A DNA stretch of 64,000 nt from a virus, in the IMG/VR virus record IMGVR_UViG_3300005077_000565, positions 96,001 to 160,000 of that record; one strand, given 5' to 3'. Shown one piece after another: positions 19,106-27,883 of this stretch. The translations under genes were made by a program, and so were the position numbers. Each line of letters starts with the position of its first letter. Within the stretch, counting starts at the first letter, position 1. The notes beneath the pieces are model-generated. The model was not told the origin of the DNA and made no database searches. It saw only the letters and a list, made by a program, of their open reading frames with translations.

Positions 19106-19880
19106 AGTTTTCATCTACACCTTGTCGTTCAATATCTGATTCAATGCAATCATCACCATATTGTATTTCAACAACCCTGCAGGGCACGTCGAAGGGATTG
19201 GTGAGTTGATGCCATTCACCAACAAGTATAACATGAGAACGGTGTTTATTTAACTCTATTGCTGGTAAAAGATAGCCATTGGCAGTCTGTGAATTTAGAA
19301 TACTAGCACCCTCACTGACAATCCAGTATTCGTTTCGCTTATTGTGCCGTTGCATGCTTAACTTCTGGCCGGGATCTACAGTAATTTCCTTGACTTTCAT
19401 TCCTGGTACTTCGTGCAATACACGGTAGTAGCCCCAGGGGCGATGTGTTTTTGGTGCCTTCCATTCCTGAAGAATCCAGCTGGAACTGTTCTTTTTGTCT
19501 TCGCCACCGACTCCAAACACAAACTCCAGATTGTCATCTTGAATATCCATTTCTGGAATATTAGTCTTGGTTCGATCACCACCATTGGCAAAGATGATTC
19601 GGTCCTGTGGATAGCTCTGCCGAACCATACGAATTGCATCCTTGGCAGACCCGTCATCATCATTAAATGTAATGACAAAGTCTACTCCGGTGATGTTCTT
19701 GACAATTTCACATCGCTCGGAAGACGGCATAAACGGAGCACCCTTTTTACGAGTCAACCAAGGGTCGCTGTTAACACCCACAACTAGAATATCTCCTAGT
19801 TTTTTTGCTGCCTTGAAGTACGCAATATGCCCACTATGCAGTGGGTCAAATCCTCCAGTAATTAATACCACTTTTTTCAT
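19095..19880 (-). CDS. Cytidylyltransferase fused to ManC-type cupin
   Basis: GGFDPLHSGH, NGGDR, NSSS; then RPWG.Y, LSMQRH..R.EYW, EIQYG..ESDIER. Confidence 0.88.
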   Translation of the reverse strand: MKKVVLITGGFDPLHSGHIAYFKAAKKLGDILVVGVNSDPWLTRKKGAPFMPSSERCEIVKNITGVDFVITFNDDDGSAKDAIRMVRQSYPQDRIIFANGGDRTKTNIPEMDIQDDNLEFVFGVGGEDKKNSSSWILQEWKAPKTHRPWGYYRVLHEVPGMKVKEITVDPGQKLSMQRHNKRNEYWIVSEGASILNSQTANGYLLPAIELNKHRSHVILVGEWHQLTNPFDVPCRVVEIQYGDDCIESDIERQGVDENYGK

Positions 19881-19882
19881 TG

Positions 19883-21391
19883 TTATTCTCCGAGATTTTC
19901 TAAGAATTCTTCAGCCGCGTCTTCCTGTTCCGGGGACATTTCGTCAGCCTCACCAATATATTGATCTTCAACTTCAAACAGGCAGTTAAAACTGTCAGTG
20001 GAACTGGTCAAAGACTTAGAGCCGTTGAAGTTAGCCAACATTGGTGCGGCCTCGTCCAGCATCTGCATGGGTGTCTCGCTACGGAATAGCTCGTCAATAA
20101 ACTGTGTCATGTAGATGATATTTCTGGGAACATAAGGACTGAACTGCTCTTCTTTACTGCCAGATTTAAGTTTACGCCAGTGACGATGATTGGTGGTCAC
20201 AGTGGACGATACTACGTCAGTCAGTGCATTCGCACGTTGAACACTTTCAATGTGCTGATATACATTGTGTGCCATGAGCAAGAAATAACTGAAACTATCC
20301 CAGCTGGTTTTGCCTTCTTTACCGACCTTGTTGAGCATGCCGGGTTTGTAGTGGCAGATATCGCCCAGTGTCAGACGCTCTGCGATGGGCCCACCGTAGG
20401 GGAAGGGAATAGTACTACCCGACAGCGCCTTGTTATCAAACGCACGATCCATGACATAACCAAATCTATCAGACTTGTGCACGTGCTGTGTATACATGGT
20501 GCCGTTGGCAGTGGCCAGGAATGGACTAGCACAGTCAAACATAACTTCAATGTCAGAGTTTACATGCTCACGTAACGCACGTTTGATGGCAGTATAGGCC
20601 ACGGCCCACTCTAGGCGACTGATACCTAGATAGTGTAGTAGATCTCGTTTACCACGCTCCAGCTGATGATCATCACGCATTTTGATCAGTGTGCGTAACA
20701 CGATATTAATGTCGTTCTTGGCACTACCTCCGAAGGCAAAACCGTCTAGATCATGATGCTTCATGTGCTCGTACCAGTATTCGGCTTCAGCCCAGTTACG
20801 GCCCTGCATGACGTTTAGGTACTTGGTCTGCCACTTGCGATTACGTTTAAACCACTCTACGTTGAAATCAGTGAATTCCAGACATTGATTAAAACTAGTG
20901 ATACCGGTACGTTTACTGAATGTAGGGTCGGCAGCCAGAGTGGGGATATCCAGAATCATTGAGTAATCACTGGTGTGCTCCAGCCAGTTCAAGATTGTAT
21001 GACGTAGGCTGTCATCAGTTTTAAAGTTGGGCCAGTCGCACTGAATAACGCCCTTGATGATCTGGAACCCACCGCTGTCACCCAGCATGAACGTATTTTT
21101 GCGATCGCGTTGCTGGACCATGGCGTCGTCAACATCAGCCTTGTTTAAATTAAGCTGAGCGTGGCCAGCTGAATACAACCCCCATTTGTAGGTAAAGTAC
21201 CCGGCATCCTGATTCAGAAAGTTGCAACCTTCAATGCCGTTTTCAAATCCCTGTGGGATTCTTTCCTGCGGCACAGCCACAGGATTGGCACGTTGCCGCG
21301 CAATGTAGTTATTGTAAAACGTACTGATACTAGGCAGAAAGACTGCATAGTCGCGGTTACGTTCAGTTAGATTAATACGTGTGGCAGACAT
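19883..21391 (-). CDS. dpdA: TGT-fold guanine transglycosylase, probable DNA 7-deazaguanine insertion enzyme
   Basis: DSGGFQ, LDIP, VMQG, AFGG, HYLG, FDCAS; clustered with folE/queE/yhhQ. Confidence 0.78.
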   Translation of the reverse strand: MSATRINLTERNRDYAVFLPSISTFYNNYIARQRANPVAVPQERIPQGFENGIEGCNFLNQDAGYFTYKWGLYSAGHAQLNLNKADVDDAMVQQRDRKNTFMLGDSGGFQIIKGVIQCDWPNFKTDDSLRHTILNWLEHTSDYSMILDIPTLAADPTFSKRTGITSFNQCLEFTDFNVEWFKRNRKWQTKYLNVMQGRNWAEAEYWYEHMKHHDLDGFAFGGSAKNDINIVLRTLIKMRDDHQLERGKRDLLHYLGISRLEWAVAYTAIKRALREHVNSDIEVMFDCASPFLATANGTMYTQHVHKSDRFGYVMDRAFDNKALSGSTIPFPYGGPIAERLTLGDICHYKPGMLNKVGKEGKTSWDSFSYFLLMAHNVYQHIESVQRANALTDVVSSTVTTNHRHWRKLKSGSKEEQFSPYVPRNIIYMTQFIDELFRSETPMQMLDEAAPMLANFNGSKSLTSSTDSFNCLFEVEDQYIGEADEMSPEQEDAAEEFLENLGE

Positions 21392-21400
21392 TTACATTCC

Positions 21401-22147
21401 TTAGACAGTCAAAGCTGGTAGAATGTAGTCGTATTTCCCAATCCCACTGTCAACGCTGATCTGAAGAGCACCACGACGGCTGATCTGCATCACGCAAGTA
21501 CCGCTCATGCCCAGTTTAAGAATAGCCAGAACCTGTGTCAGTGGCCAAGAGTAGCCTTCATTCAAGTCACCGTCTACGTTGGTGGCAAACGTTCTACGAC
21601 CAGTATAAGATCCATCAGCTGCACCCACTGTGATGATTAAATTACCGCCTTCAGTTTTAACTGTAAAGTTGGGTTCAATGCCACCATAGATACCAGCAAC
21701 CTGTGTCAATTCGCTGACCTTGGCTTTGGTGGGCTGGAATGTAACGTCCCACTCAACACCCTTGAACTTGACAGTCTGTAGTGTCTGATCGATGATTTCC
21801 TTGCTCATGAAGCGATAGCGGTCAGTGTTGCCGGCGGAATCCTTAAACAGCAGATGATCAGGAGATTCAACTCCGTTGCGTTCACGCTTTACCACGGTGA
21901 CACTGGAATCCTCTCCACTGTAGTTGGGTAGTTTGCTCACGCCACTCAGGAAGGGTAGATTCCCTAGGCCAAATTCCCCAACAAAGTCGGGTTCAGCGTT
22001 GTGTAGCTTTGCTTTAAGAATAACCGTGCGCTCACTGTCCATGGCATCCAGTAAAGTTTCGTCGTCAGTACCAGTGACCTTGACATTTTCAATAAAGCCT
22101 AGACCAGCAGTATGTTTCACGATATCAGCAATAACGTCTTTCATCAA
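21401..22147 (-). CDS. Probable DNA sliding clamp (gp45/PCNA-like)
   Basis: 248 aa, AMD..RTVIL, C-terminal YILP; near PolB. Confidence 0.6.
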   Translation of the reverse strand: MMKDVIADIVKHTAGLGFIENVKVTGTDDETLLDAMDSERTVILKAKLHNAEPDFVGEFGLGNLPFLSGVSKLPNYSGEDSSVTVVKRERNGVESPDHLLFKDSAGNTDRYRFMSKEIIDQTLQTVKFKGVEWDVTFQPTKAKVSELTQVAGIYGGIEPNFTVKTEGGNLIITVGAADGSYTGRRTFATNVDGDLNEGYSWPLTQVLAILKLGMSGTCVMQISRRGALQISVDSGIGKYDYILPALTV

Positions 22148-22226
22148 GACTCTCCTTTAATATTAATAAGTTAAGTATATGTTATATTTAGATCAAGTCA
22201 AGATCTACCTAGAGTTATCCTGACAG

Positions 22227-22249
22227 ATTTCGGGGCTGGGCCCCGAAAT
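22227..22249. terminator. Hairpin, probable terminator
   Basis: ATTTCGGGGC-TGG-GCCCCGAAAT just after a stop. Confidence 0.6.
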
Positions 22250-22252
22250 TGA

Positions 22253-22561
22253 TCACTTGTTTCTGTAATAGCCGCCGTTGGTCCAGGGAAACTGGAATGT
22301 ACCCACGTGAATTTTTAATTTCTTAGGGCTACGGTCAGCACTAAATTTAATATTCACATCGTAGGTGATGGCAGTTTCGCGATCAAAACTGTAGATGCTG
22401 AATTCACGAATCTTACCCTCGGCTCTGAGGTCGCTGAGGTAAGCGGCAAAAAGTTTATAAACTGGGCCACTCTGGCGTTGTTCCAGTACGCCGTCCCAGG
22501 GCTCGATGATCTTTAGAAGATCGTATTTTACATCATTAATGTTCATGTAATGACTTGACAT
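22253..22561 (-). CDS. Hypothetical protein
   Basis: ORF directly downstream of QueD-paralogue. Confidence 0.7.
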   Translation of the reverse strand: MSSHYMNINDVKYDLLKIIEPWDGVLEQRQSGPVYKLFAAYLSDLRAEGKIREFSIYSFDRETAITYDVNIKFSADRSPKKLKIHVGTFQFPWTNGGYYRNK

Positions 22562-22562
22562 A

Positions 22563-22943
22563 TTATGCCTCAAACTTAACAATTGCACCATTTTCATTAT
22601 CTTCGCTGACAGAAATAGTCATACGTCGGCCAGGATAACGATCGTTGATCGAAGTTGCTAGATCTTCTGCGATCATTTCACAAGATTTGTGGTTCAGCAC
22701 CAGCGTACCTTGATCGTACAGTCGCTCCATCCAGCGTTTGAATTGAATGAATTCCACATCGCGGTCGTCATGAAATACTTCAAGTTCAACACGAAAGTGA
22801 AAAATATGACGATGTGGATATGCTAGAAAGCTAACATCATCCCAATCACCAGTGGCCAATTTAGGATCAGTCTCGGCTGCGGGATATCGGTGGATACCTT
22901 CTTTCTGAAACGTAACCCAAATTTTTGTCTTGGTTTTTTTCAT
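22563..22943 (-). CDS. QueD/PTPS-paralogue T-fold protein (DpdL-like candidate)
   Basis: H.YP, LAYPHRHIF (not CxxxHGH), EFIQFK, SCEMIA, VSED. Confidence 0.75.
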   Translation of the reverse strand: MKKTKTKIWVTFQKEGIHRYPAAETDPKLATGDWDDVSFLAYPHRHIFHFRVELEVFHDDRDVEFIQFKRWMERLYDQGTLVLNHKSCEMIAEDLATSINDRYPGRRMTISVSEDNENGAIVKFEA

Positions 22944-22947
22944 ATTA

Positions 22948-23112
22948 TTATTCAACTGCTAGTTTTTTTTCTAGACGCTGCATGATCTGTAGAATTTCCC
23001 ACAGTTTCCAGTCAATTGACTTTGCAAGCTCCATGAGCTGCTCAGCGGCGTCGCGTTTATCTTGTTCTTCATCAGGTACCTGATCCTCTACAAGACGAAT
23101 TTTTTTAACCAT
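22948..23112 (-). CDS. Small hypothetical protein (54 aa; not in ORF track)
   Basis: MVKKIRLVEDQ...KSIDWKLWEIL; GGAG RBS. Confidence 0.65.
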   Translation of the reverse strand: MVKKIRLVEDQVPDEEQDKRDAAEQLMELAKSIDWKLWEILQIMQRLEKKLAVE

Positions 23113-23133
23113 TATTTTCTCCGAAATAATATA

Positions 23134-23334
23134 TTATACACATTGATTAAGTCGTTGCTTAATCAGCTTAATTTCATCGTTAATTTTAACTTTTTCCATT
23201 TTAAGTTCGTTAACGATTTCATCTTTGACATGACTAGAATACAACAATTCCATTCGTTTGTCAAGATCTTTTTTCTTCAACAACAAGTGGTCCAGGTGGT
23301 GTTGAAGTTTGTCTGGATGTAGATTTTTCGACAT
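23134..23334 (-). CDS. Small coiled-coil protein (DUF465-like)
   Basis: L..KK.DLD...LK.EK..I.DEI pattern. Confidence 0.55.
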   Translation of the reverse strand: MSKNLHPDKLQHHLDHLLLKKKDLDKRMELLYSSHVKDEIVNELKMEKVKINDEIKLIKQRLNQCV

Positions 23335-23346
23335 AAATTTTTCCTA

Positions 23347-25989
23347 TCAACCAAAATCAAATAAATCACTGAAGGTATTCTTTTCACTGGCACTCATTAG
23401 GTCCCAGTTCATAACGCCCAGGAGGTTGTCAATTTTCTGTGTAATGATGGCATCCTCCATGGCCTCGTCGTCAAAGGGCAAGTCCTTGAACCATTGCGGT
23501 ATTCGTTTTTCGTCGGTGGGTATACCGATACTGGTCATTCCCAGTGGGTTTGATTTGAGTTTGCACACAATAGTTTTCATACCATCAGTGATCTCCATGC
23601 TATAGGAATCACTGTTCATCTTGCGTAGACGGTTATAGTTGATGGCAGCCAGAGCGTGTCCAACACCACACTTACCGGTCTTTTCGTAGATTTTGGTGTG
23701 ATTGGTTAGATTGTTCACACGCTTGGGTGTGCCCTTTTCCCAGCTGGGCATCTGACGGAATGGTTTACGGAACTCTTTGATGCGTTCAATAACACTGCGT
23801 TCGCCCTGCCCGGTCAGTGTCATAACCAGCAATTCATTTAGGAAATCCTGTATGTATTTGGGTGTGTCACTGCGTTTAAGGTCCAGACCCATGGCTTTGA
23901 TCTTTCCAGGTTTACCTTCCTGATCTTCACGATAGCCTTCGTTATCATATACTAGGATAGCATAACGTTTTTTAGTAATGAAGATACCGGCTAGACCTAC
24001 AATTTCTCGACCAGCGGCAATAATTTTACCTAGCTCAGCGGGGCAATTGTGACCCTGATTCATATATTGACTAAATGTATCGTTGGCAGCTTCACAGACT
24101 GCGTCGTAATATTTTACAACACTGTCACGAGTCCATTCTAGTTCACCGCGTTGAATTTGGTCCTTGAGTACTGGGTATGCGCTGAAATAACAAGAGTCAG
24201 TGTCGCCGTAGATAATACTGCGTCCCGTGTGATTATATTCACCATCAATGATGCGATTGACTTCAGCCGCCATGTGTCGAGCAATACAACGGCCAGTCAG
24301 TGTAGTACTCTGCCCTAGACGTTGATCAAAAAAGCGACAACCGGCATTAAGTAGAGCACCGTATAGACTGTTTAGGTTAATCTTTTTAACCAGCTGACGC
24401 TTGTCCCAGAATGCATATTGTTTATCATCAACACCCTTGAAGCTCTTGGCTTTTTTCTGTAGTTCTTTACGTTCAGCGTACCAGCGTTCTAGTAGACCAG
24501 GAATCACACCCTGTACATCATGACGGAAGATTGTGGCATTGGCACTCAAGATCCAGGGCTGGCCGCTTAAAAACACTAGATCATATATTTCAGCCCCGGT
24601 GGCCTGAATACTAGAGCCATCTTCAAAATCAACTACAAGAATAGTCGAACGATCCTTGTCCATGATTAGCTCATACTCTGGACAGGCAAAACGACCTTCC
24701 CAGGCTTCAGACACCGTTTTATGGCTGGCCAAAAGTTCTTCAGTCAGCGTTTGTCGCACCTGGCCCACAATGGTTTCAGTGCTCATGTTGCCACTTCTGA
24801 GAATCGACGGGTACAAGCTGTTCAAGTCCATGCTGCCAATCCACTCGTGCATGCCTTTGACTGGTGTAGCCACGTATGCACCAGCTGCCTGCGTGCTGCC
24901 TTCATGACTGCGCTTGTCTGGAACTTGCATGCCTCGACGATGTGCTTCGTTGATAATAGCCTGTTCAGTCTGAGCCACGGCACCCATGGTGGTCTGCAAC
25001 AGCACGGTGTTGGCGTGCGCCAGGACGTTGGCTAGATCAATGAACTGAAGTTTTTTGTCTAGTTTAACCAGCAAGTCCACGTCCTGACGGTTATAGCCGA
25101 TAAACTTTTCAAAGTCATTGTTATATAACTGGTCCAGTGTACCTTCGTATTCTACTTTATGTTCTTTGAGTTCGTATTCGGCAATGGCATCTAGACTGTA
25201 GCTATGCATTTCATGGTAAGTATACTTGCGATACAGTTCCAGATAGTCCAGGTGTACACGCCCTACAGTTTCATAGGTTTCCTGAATCTTACCAAATTTT
25301 TCATATTCTTTGCGCTTGGGGTACTGATCCCAGAGGCAGAATTTTCTAGTATATTCTTTGCCTAGAACACGAGCAACTCGATTGACCAGATAGGGCACGT
25401 CGAACCCCTCACTGTTCCATCCGCTGATGACGTCAGCATCATCAATCAGCTCCAGGAATGTGGTCAGTAGATCTTCTTCGGACTCCATGAGCAGAGTGTC
25501 AGGGAATTTGTCTACAATGGCTTGCGCCTGATCGGCAGTTAATGTTTTTGGCGCTCGTACCAGACAGATAGTGCGCTCCAGCCAATTCAAATGAACTGCT
25601 ACTGCAGTCACTGGGTTAAAGGGGTCGCTGGGATCAGCAAACCCTAGTTCTTTGTTGAAGTCAACCTCAATGTCGAAAAATACAATGTGTAGGTCTGGTG
25701 CGTCGGCATTTAGATAATTTTCCTCAATACAACGGAATACTGGATTAATATCGCTCTCGTAGAGTTGCTTGTGGCTATATATTTTCTTCTCACGCTGAAA
25801 AATCTTGCCATTAGTAGTAACCACACGTGTCAGTGGCTCACCCCAGATACTTTTAAATTTTCCCTTGGGGTCGGGATAGTAGAATACATAGCGTGCTGGG
25901 AATTGCACATATTTTCTAACACCATCGCGGCGTTCCACAATATTGATCACATCACGATTGCGATCAATAATACCATCTACATAGCTCAT
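23347..25989 (-). CDS. Family B DNA polymerase
   Basis: Exo DIE, WN..FD, YN..D; pol DLNSLYPS, KxxxNSLYG, YGDTDS, KKRY. Confidence 0.97.
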   Translation of the reverse strand: MSYVDGIIDRNRDVINIVERRDGVRKYVQFPARYVFYYPDPKGKFKSIWGEPLTRVVTTNGKIFQREKKIYSHKQLYESDINPVFRCIEENYLNADAPDLHIVFFDIEVDFNKELGFADPSDPFNPVTAVAVHLNWLERTICLVRAPKTLTADQAQAIVDKFPDTLLMESEEDLLTTFLELIDDADVISGWNSEGFDVPYLVNRVARVLGKEYTRKFCLWDQYPKRKEYEKFGKIQETYETVGRVHLDYLELYRKYTYHEMHSYSLDAIAEYELKEHKVEYEGTLDQLYNNDFEKFIGYNRQDVDLLVKLDKKLQFIDLANVLAHANTVLLQTTMGAVAQTEQAIINEAHRRGMQVPDKRSHEGSTQAAGAYVATPVKGMHEWIGSMDLNSLYPSILRSGNMSTETIVGQVRQTLTEELLASHKTVSEAWEGRFACPEYELIMDKDRSTILVVDFEDGSSIQATGAEIYDLVFLSGQPWILSANATIFRHDVQGVIPGLLERWYAERKELQKKAKSFKGVDDKQYAFWDKRQLVKKINLNSLYGALLNAGCRFFDQRLGQSTTLTGRCIARHMAAEVNRIIDGEYNHTGRSIIYGDTDSCYFSAYPVLKDQIQRGELEWTRDSVVKYYDAVCEAANDTFSQYMNQGHNCPAELGKIIAAGREIVGLAGIFITKKRYAILVYDNEGYREDQEGKPGKIKAMGLDLKRSDTPKYIQDFLNELLVMTLTGQGERSVIERIKEFRKPFRQMPSWEKGTPKRVNNLTNHTKIYEKTGKCGVGHALAAINYNRLRKMNSDSYSMEITDGMKTIVCKLKSNPLGMTSIGIPTDEKRIPQWFKDLPFDDEAMEDAIITQKIDNLLGVMNWDLMSASEKNTFSDLFDFG

Positions 25990-26210
25990 GCGTACAAAAG
26001 ACCTAGAATATAAATTACAGTTAATCCAATGTTAAACCATAACAGGCTGTTCTCATGCCAGAGATAGCCCACTAAAATCCACAAAGAGTTTCCGATAATA
26101 AAGAAGTAGTGATGAATGTATAATTCTGGTTTAAAACTGGCAAAAGCTGCCGCGGCGATTACCACTGCAGTACTGAGCCAGGCCAACCATTGATAGGGTT
26201 TTACAACCAT
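25986..26210 (-). CDS. Small 3-TM membrane protein
   Basis: Three hydrophobic segments. Confidence 0.7.
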   Translation of the reverse strand: MVVKPYQWLAWLSTAVVIAAAAFASFKPELYIHHYFFIIGNSLWILVGYLWHENSLLWFNIGLTVIYILGLLYA

Positions 26211-26485
26211 GTCATAGCCCTCGCGAATCCAAATATATTAACAAATGCGAAGTAACCTGTCAACAACAGCGGCCAGACTAGTTTTCTACGATAGTAGGCA
26301 ACGACTGCTGTAACACTACCGACAAAAAATCCCGGATACACCAGTGTAAGATCAGGATCACGTGCGGTGATAGCCAGTGTCAGACTTGCCGACACAGTGA
26401 ATACAAAACTTACTACCTCTAACCAGAAGCTAGTGGTGTCAGTTTCGTAGCTGTGTCGCCAAAAATTAATTATACGCTGAATCAA
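26201..26485 (-). CDS. Small 3-TM membrane protein
   Basis: Three hydrophobic segments; resembles 35205-35495. Confidence 0.7.
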   Translation of the reverse strand: MIQRIINFWRHSYETDTTSFWLEVVSFVFTVSASLTLAITARDPDLTLVYPGFFVGSVTAVVAYYRRKLVWPLLLTGYFAFVNIFGFARAMTWL

Positions 26486-26736
26486 AGTGTACGTCCGACT
26501 TTTTCTAGAATAACTTCTAGTTCGTCAAATTCTTCACGTTTCTTGCCGAATTCGGCTTTGTAGGCAATATTGATTGCCTTGTTAAGTACTGCTGGTTTGA
26601 TTTCCAGTTCCTCGGCCACGGCAGTGACAGCATCCTTGAGACCGTCACGCAGAGCCTCCATTTCACTTTTTACCTGAATGCCTTCATTGATAATCTGCTT
26701 TAGTTTAGTTACGTCTGCTTCACCAAAGGTTTTCAT
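26482..26736 (-). CDS. T4 DsbA/GapR-like dsDNA-binding protein
   Basis: 84-aa helical, LKD....AEEL.IKP..LNK.I.IAYK pattern. Confidence 0.6.
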   Translation of the reverse strand: MKTFGEADVTKLKQIINEGIQVKSEMEALRDGLKDAVTAVAEELEIKPAVLNKAINIAYKAEFGKKREEFDELEVILEKVGRTL

Positions 26737-26834
26737 GTGTGTAAATCTCCGTTTAATTAAATTGAACAATACAAAATACCAGGACAGTATCTTGCATGTT
26801 CAGATTATACAACGGAAATTTGAAAAAGCAACTG

Positions 26835-27110
26835 TTATTTTTTTCTAGATTCCAGTGCCGCAATTCTAGACTCTAGATCGTCTATTTTTTCAGCTAGATT
26901 GGGTTCTTGCTGGCGCCAGGCATCCACTGGTTGATCCAACCAGCGCCAGCCGTATCTTTCTCTGAAAAAGTCCAGTAGTTGATCAAATTTTCGATAACCC
27001 CAGATGCCCAATTTAGTATCTTTGAGGTAGGCCAACGCGGTTGCGCCGACAATCGAACCTAGAATAGCAGTGTAAATCCAGAGGGTGTCGTCAAAAAGTC
27101 TTGATAGCAT
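26835..27110 (-). CDS. Membrane-anchored hypothetical protein
   Basis: N-terminal TM, C-terminal coiled coil. Confidence 0.7.
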   Translation of the reverse strand: MLSRLFDDTLWIYTAILGSIVGATALAYLKDTKLGIWGYRKFDQLLDFFRERYGWRWLDQPVDAWRQQEPNLAEKIDDLESRIAALESRKK

Positions 27111-27122
27111 ATTAATATATTG

Positions 27123-27218
27123 TTAGTGCTCACTTTTAACATATACTCGGTAGCGAATCTTTCCATGTTAGCCCAGCAGCCGGGCGCCCTCGCAACTAAG
27201 TGCGGTCCTAAGGGTGTT
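27123..27218 (-). ncRNA. Candidate structured RNA, family unrecognised
   Basis: Three stem regions whose imperfect pairs are G-U only on the minus strand; fills an unusually long, GC-rich intergenic gap. Confidence 0.55.
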
Positions 27219-27220
27219 CT

Positions 27221-27859
27221 TTACTTCCAGGCAACTAATTTAAACCGTTCTTCAACGATTCCGAAATAGTTACACTTCCAGGCACTCTGCCCAAAAAAAT
27301 CTAGGTTAATCCACTGATCTTTATGTGCTATAAGGTATTTAGCGCCGTCAATCCAGTCAATATTACGTAAAATTTTCTCGGCTGTGAATTTATTATCCAC
27401 TGCCTCCTGGTAATCAAAACAATCGTATTCCCAGTGTAATAATTCAAAGCAATTACCACTGCGATCCACGTAGTCCAGACTAAAATCCAGACCCCACTTG
27501 GGTTTTAAATTTATTAATTTGTAACATAATGGTACTACCCCGGCCCAACGAGATAATTCCTCCAGTGCCGGCCCAGTGTAGCCCTTACGCTCAAAAAGTA
27601 AACTATGATTCAATACCGGGCCCGACACTGACTCATCTTGTAAGAACCAGGGTTTTTTAATTGCCAGCTGATGTTCGCGATGATTGCTGTATGCGGTCTG
27701 ATTTGCATCAGCATATAGTTGTTCGATGGGTGTTAGTTCATAGCCGTTCTGATCAAATAAATGAAAGTCCTTGGCAATGGGTGGAAAAGACTTGCCAATG
27801 GGAACATCCCAGAACCCATTGGCATCGAATAAATTGTCAGAACTATATATGGAATTCAT
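27221..27859 (-). CDS. Hypothetical protein
   Basis: 212-aa ORF. Confidence 0.8.
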   Translation of the reverse strand: MNSIYSSDNLFDANGFWDVPIGKSFPPIAKDFHLFDQNGYELTPIEQLYADANQTAYSNHREHQLAIKKPWFLQDESVSGPVLNHSLLFERKGYTGPALEELSRWAGVVPLCYKLINLKPKWGLDFSLDYVDRSGNCFELLHWEYDCFDYQEAVDNKFTAEKILRNIDWIDGAKYLIAHKDQWINLDFFGQSAWKCNYFGIVEERFKLVAWK

Positions 27860-27883
27860 TGTGTCTGTGTGTAGTATAGTAAT

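Noticed and set aside
19883-21391. Canonical tRNA-guanine transglycosylase (tgt)
   Set aside because: No CxCxxC zinc motif, larger size, and replication-gene context favour a DNA-acting DpdA-like enzyme
23347-25989. Intein in PolB
   Set aside because: Normal length, contiguous motifs, no splice-junction signatures
27123-27218. Twister, twister-sister, HDV-like ribozyme or preQ1 riboswitch assignment
   Set aside because: Short resemblances only; I could not build the required core pairings by eye
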